Origin: Phormidium sp.
GTDB lineage: Bacteria > Cyanobacteriota > Cyanobacteriia > Cyanobacteriales > Aerosakkonemataceae
Length of the DNA: 64,000 nucleotides
Assembly: GCA_051013385.1 (NCBI GenBank)
Contig: CP143273.1
Span: 1,632,001 to 1,696,000 of the forward strand
Reading direction: 5' to 3'
Shown here in pieces: positions 61,201 through 64,000 of the stretch; position 1 is the stretch's first letter; the number at the start of each line of letters is the position of its first letter. The notes beneath the pieces were generated by a model. The model was not told the DNA's origin. It saw nothing but the letters and a program-made list of their open reading frames with translations, and did not search any database. A program made the position numbers and the translations under genes.

Positions 61201-61676
61201 AAGAACAGCAATACAACCAGATGGCAGAAGAATTCCTGAGAGAATGGAAATACGAATTTCCCCTCAAAAAATTCTCCGAAGCCGTTTATAATATGCGACT
61301 CAACGACGAAAAAGCCTTATCTGCGGAGAAATTTTACCAAGAATTACAATCTCTAGAAGATGAGAAATATAAGATGGTTGTCAGCCGTCAGTGGAAAGAC
61401 GAAAAAGGAGAAGCCAAAAAAGAATGGTACTTCCGCCACGACAAAATTATGGACTTCTTCCTCGTCCAAAACTTCCTCGGCGACAGTCATGAAACTGAAG
61501 CACGATTAATTGACCACATGGGCGATTCGCGATTTCGGGGTGTTTACTTCTTATTAGCAACCTTACTGCCTTTGGATGAAGCGAAAAAACTACGCGAACA
61601 GTTAATTCAGTATGCCGCTGATACGAAAGATCATACAGTTAGCGATACCTTTGTGCAGTTATTACGGACTAGATGA
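58269..61676 (+). CDS. HEAT-repeat, membrane-spanning, NACHT-like P-loop NTPase (start may be 58317)
   Basis: N-terminal hydrophobic segment; about 12 35-aa HEAT repeats (105-bp DNA repeats); TM pair; GDSGLGKS, CIDGLNE and FRHDK. Confidence 0.75.
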   Translation: MLVCYLTTQSAFYATAMLKISGKTRKFSAFFLFPFTLFLTLLLSLSWVNAQEAPKPKPQPWQIDGILAALEDSQDQVKRYAFEQLASYKSQDLKSVVKKPEDIARKAADILKDEKVDASVRNSAAEALGKLGQAAQPYIPDIANILKDKKVGIDARRSAAQALGNLGQAAQPYIPDILNILKDDKANINVINSSAEALGKLGQAAQPYIKDIANILKDEKADADVRGHAAAALGDLGQAAQPYIKDIANILKDDKVDASVRRSAAQALGSLGQVAQPYIKDIANILKDEKADASVRRGAVKALGDLGQAAQPYIKDIANILKDDKVDASVRRSAVEALGKLGQVAQPYVQDIADILKDKKADADFRSYAAIALWNIGQAAQPYIQDILDFLKDENVAISNRYAVAKALVRNGAAKAFFILGNAAQTYIKDILDFLKNEKPKIGSYALYDADVRGDALKALGNMGRAAQPYIQDIADFLKDDKVDADFRGDAAQALGNMGQVAQPYIPDILNFLKDENVALYRRYDAAQALSNIRKLELNEVVVVLDRVYEPNQSIVTFEQWRFLTYFLGGGTDEVKTLLKWLGNPKALPTKLKYEEGKKTLEVFRDPWKVSQGLERLQRDLADKIGIVAQQISWKPQDILLLQTHCNNLKKGKYNATDTVQSAINNLTFWQWIFNARNTILIHATFWLVLIFAYPKSAQVQAIFFWNPWVRKILGVGYVGFLLTWVPYLRRQLFEPFKPSLLADAGLDNFSSLTYFPQSKVKLPVTGEIKPVTEALPSIQGQIILEGDSGLGKSMFLRHLVKNSPRIVVYLPAQKCDKGVIEAIQEKLQGQAQDAEFLKNLIYSGAIDICIDGLNEVSAETRAKIVLFVEQYFRANIIMTTQPLEWIPPSTAKTYYLQPLETDQIKKFLISRQPRLPKDAKIPGTDYEKACTNYLNALNNQPAEDLEAAKKRLSNPMDLTLVALMLSQDKTPDLFRLQEQQYNQMAEEFLREWKYEFPLKKFSEAVYNMRLNDEKALSAEKFYQELQSLEDEKYKMVVSRQWKDEKGEAKKEWYFRHDKIMDFFLVQNFLGDSHETEARLIDHMGDSRFRGVYFLLATLLPLDEAKKLREQLIQYAADTKDHTVSDTFVQLLRTR

Positions 61677-61810
61677 AAAAATACCTCCTGAGTCTGCACA
61701 GAGCCTAGTGAACTAGAGAGTTTGTATTGCTTTTGAGCGATCGCATTAAGTTAGCCAGCGCGATCACACTCCAACTTATGCTATTAAATAGTCTCGATTA
61801 GTGAGTAAAT

Positions 61811-62104
61811 GTGTCACCTAAACCGCGCCAGACAATAGACAGCAACCCGAAGAAAACTCAATATAGGATCGATGCGCTCAGTAACCTGCCCTTGGAGCCT
61901 CTAGACTATTGCAAACGATGGGTTGAGATGTCCCCCGATGACTGGGGATACAGAAAAGCCTGCATAGCTTCTCTAGCCGAAGCAACCGGACTAAGTGAAA
62001 GAACGATCGGTAACTGGGGAGAGAACTTCCAGCGACGGCCTCAATACGTGCTGCATATCCTTTTCCTCGTTCCCCGGTTCAACCTGGGAACGAAGAAATT
62101 GTAG
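61811..62104 (+). CDS. HTH-like hypothetical protein, C-terminus probably disrupted by a palindromic repeat
   Basis: Motif LAEATGLSERTIGNW; the ORF runs into CTCGTTCCCCGGTTCAACCTGGGAACGA. Confidence 0.5.
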   Translation: MSPKPRQTIDSNPKKTQYRIDALSNLPLEPLDYCKRWVEMSPDDWGYRKACIASLAEATGLSERTIGNWGENFQRRPQYVLHILFLVPRFNLGTKKL

Positions 62105-62324
62105 GGACACGGCATTCAAAAGATAACGCAGGAGTGGCAAATATTAATGATGCCGTGTCCCTACCGTCACCTTGCGCCCAAGACAGGGCGAAGCATTTGG
62201 GTACAAGTATTTTTGGTAGGTTGCAGAATTTATCGCCCAAATGCTGATGCCTACGGCACGCACTCGCGTTCGCCCCTACATTAATTAATTTGTCAACAAA
62301 TAATGTGTTAATCGAGACAAGAAG

Positions 62325-62398
62325 GGCGAACGATGGGACTTGAACCCACGAATGGTGGAACCACAATCCACTGCCTTAACCACTTGGCTACGCTCGCC
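62325..62398 (-). tRNA. tRNA-His (GTG), including G-1
   Basis: GGCGAGCGTAGCCAAGTGGTTAAGGCAGTGGATTGTGGTTCCACCATTCGTGGGTTCAAGTCCCATCGTTCGCC. Confidence 0.97.
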
Positions 62399-62513
62399 TT
62401 GCGATTACTTATCATAGCACTCTTTTCCCAAAAGGATCAAGTCCTTGACCCAGAGATGAAAAAATTCTTTCAGTGGTAAGCTAACTCTGAACTCAAACGG
62501 ACAGAGTAAATTG

Positions 62514-62918
62514 ATGAAAACTTGGAATCTTACCCAATCTCTGGGTACTGCCATTGTAACCGGACTACTGGTGTCCTTAGCCATCAGCAATCCCAGTCAG
62601 TCGGAGTACGAGGTGTATGCTACCGAGCAACTCACCGAATACTTGCAAGAAAATGTCTGTCCCCAAGCACCGAAAATTTGGGGAAAGTCCCTCAAACGAG
62701 AATGTAAAAGATTGGTTAATTCCAATCAGTCCGAAATCAAAGAGTTCATTTCTCAAGGTACAGAAAGATATAATTTTATTCTGTTCAGTATTTACACAAC
62801 TGAGTTATCAATTACTCAAGTTTCGTCCTTCTTACCCTCTGGCTTATTACCTTCTTATCATTTTGGTACTTTAGCAGTTGGACACAAATTTTATATTTAC
62901 CAAGCAGAACAGCAATAG
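62514..62918 (+). CDS. DUF4359-like protein
   Basis: Motifs SNPSQSEYEVYA and TERYNFILFSIYTTEL. Confidence 0.7.
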   Translation: MKTWNLTQSLGTAIVTGLLVSLAISNPSQSEYEVYATEQLTEYLQENVCPQAPKIWGKSLKRECKRLVNSNQSEIKEFISQGTERYNFILFSIYTTELSITQVSSFLPSGLLPSYHFGTLAVGHKFYIYQAEQQ

Positions 62919-63038
62919 TTAATCACTAAAAAAAAACATACCATTAGTAAATTTTCTTTTCATAAGTGTTTGAAAGCTACCAACCATAAGTCAACTATGT
63001 TAAGTGTATAGTTAATAGCTTTGTTGATTGCTACTAGT

Positions 63039-64000
63039 ATGTCTTACTGTCTTACACCTGGATGTTTTAGTCCTGTTAACCCGGACAATGCAAAATTTTG
63101 CCTAAGTTGTGGTTCTCGGTTGATATTAAAAGACCGATATCGCCCGATGCAACTAATTGGACAAGGTGGTTTTGGTAAAACTTTTTTAGCAATAGATGAA
63201 GGAACATCTGATAAAGTTCGTTGTGTGGTAAAACAACTTTATTTACAAAATAATAATACTTTAGTTGTTAAAAAAGCGATTCAGTTATTTCATCAGGAGG
63301 CGCAACGTTTAACAGAGTTAGGAGAACATCCGCAAATACCATCTTTATTGGCGCATTTTGAACAGCAAAAACAGCTTTATTTAGTCCAAGAGTTTATTCC
63401 CGGAAAAACTTTAGAAAAGGAGTTGCAGGAAAAAGGGGTGTTTAATGAATTTCAAATCTGGGAGTTACTGAAAGATTTGGTTCCTGTGTTAAAGTTTGTC
63501 CACGATCGCCATGTGATTCATCGAGATATTAAACCTGCAAATATTATCCGTCGTCAAACAGATGGAAAGTTATTTTTGATTGATTTCGGGGTAGCTAAGT
63601 TAATTACTGATAGTGCTTTGTTTCGTACTGGAACTGCGGTGGGTACTGCGGAATATGTTGCGCCGGAACAAATGAAGGGAAAGGCTTTACCTGCTAGCGA
63701 CCTTTATAGTTTGGGTGTTACTTGCATTTATTTATTAACTGGTGTGTCTCCTTTTGATTTATCTGATATTGCTAATAATACTTGGGTGTGGCGAGATTTT
63801 TTACCTAAAGGTAGCTCGGTGAGCGATCGCCTAACTAAAATCTTAGATAAATTAATCAAACCTGCCATTAGTCAACGTTACCAATCTGTAGGCGATGTCT
63901 TACTAGCCTTAACTACAGTACCATCAAATCCGCCAAAACTTCAACCATTACCGCCACAAAACAATAACATTTTGAGTAACATTTTGCGTCGCTACAATGC
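63039..64000 (+). CDS. serine/threonine protein kinase (3' partial)
   Basis: N-terminal MSYCLTPGC...FCLSCG; motifs IGQGGFGKTF, HRDIKPAN, DFG and APEQ. Confidence 0.92.
   Translation, partial: MSYCLTPGCFSPVNPDNAKFCLSCGSRLILKDRYRPMQLIGQGGFGKTFLAIDEGTSDKVRCVVKQLYLQNNNTLVVKKAIQLFHQEAQRLTELGEHPQIPSLLAHFEQQKQLYLVQEFIPGKTLEKELQEKGVFNEFQIWELLKDLVPVLKFVHDRHVIHRDIKPANIIRRQTDGKLFLIDFGVAKLITDSALFRTGTAVGTAEYVAPEQMKGKALPASDLYSLGVTCIYLLTGVSPFDLSDIANNTWVWRDFLPKGSSVSDRLTKILDKLIKPAISQRYQSVGDVLLALTTVPSNPPKLQPLPPQNNNILSNILRRYN

Larger units (their letters stand above)
57843..62319 (+). mobile_element. degenerate Tn7-like (type V-K CAST-like) transposon next to tRNA-His
   Basis: Both ends share TTAACACATTATTTGT in inverted orientation. 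The element contains repeated TnsB-site-like motifs and a tnsB fragment. One end lies 5 bp from the tRNA 3' end. Confidence 0.7.

Noticed and set aside
57..62874. Many short ORFs overlapping the called genes
   Set aside because: They are antisense or alternate-frame shadows with no recognisable motifs.

Overview
Chromosomal window from a cyanobacterium, probably filamentous. The basis is dense HIP1 GCGATCGC sites, heptamer tandem arrays and the conserved pipX-pipY-sepF-proC cluster. Housekeeping genes (mlaE-like, plsY, proC, sepF, pipX/pipY, der, glsA, mcdAB-like, mutS2, tRNA-His) alternate with accessory insertions. (1) A tnpB-only IS200/IS605 element sits exactly in the pipX/pipY ATGA overlap. 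Its tnpB is split by a 673-bp antisense cassette encoding a free-standing HTH-LAGLIDADG endonuclease, with a palindrome over a candidate -10 box. (2) A 6.7-kb island bounded by a duplicated plsY 3' end carries a TrpRS with an apparent YbaK/ProX-like N-terminal domain, plus a membrane protein, an M14 peptidase and a GATase. (3) There is a tRNA wobble-U modification set (paired U32/TrhP genes, cmoA, cmoB) and a trmN6-like gene. (4) An apparently intact group II intron interrupts an MFS gene. (5) A decayed type V-K CAST-like transposon lies just downstream of tRNA-His with a HEAT-repeat NTPase cargo. Several insertions are flanked by 14-57 bp direct repeats, and some intergenic repeats are inserted in frame in proteins. 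All family assignments come from motif recognition by eye; no searches were run.
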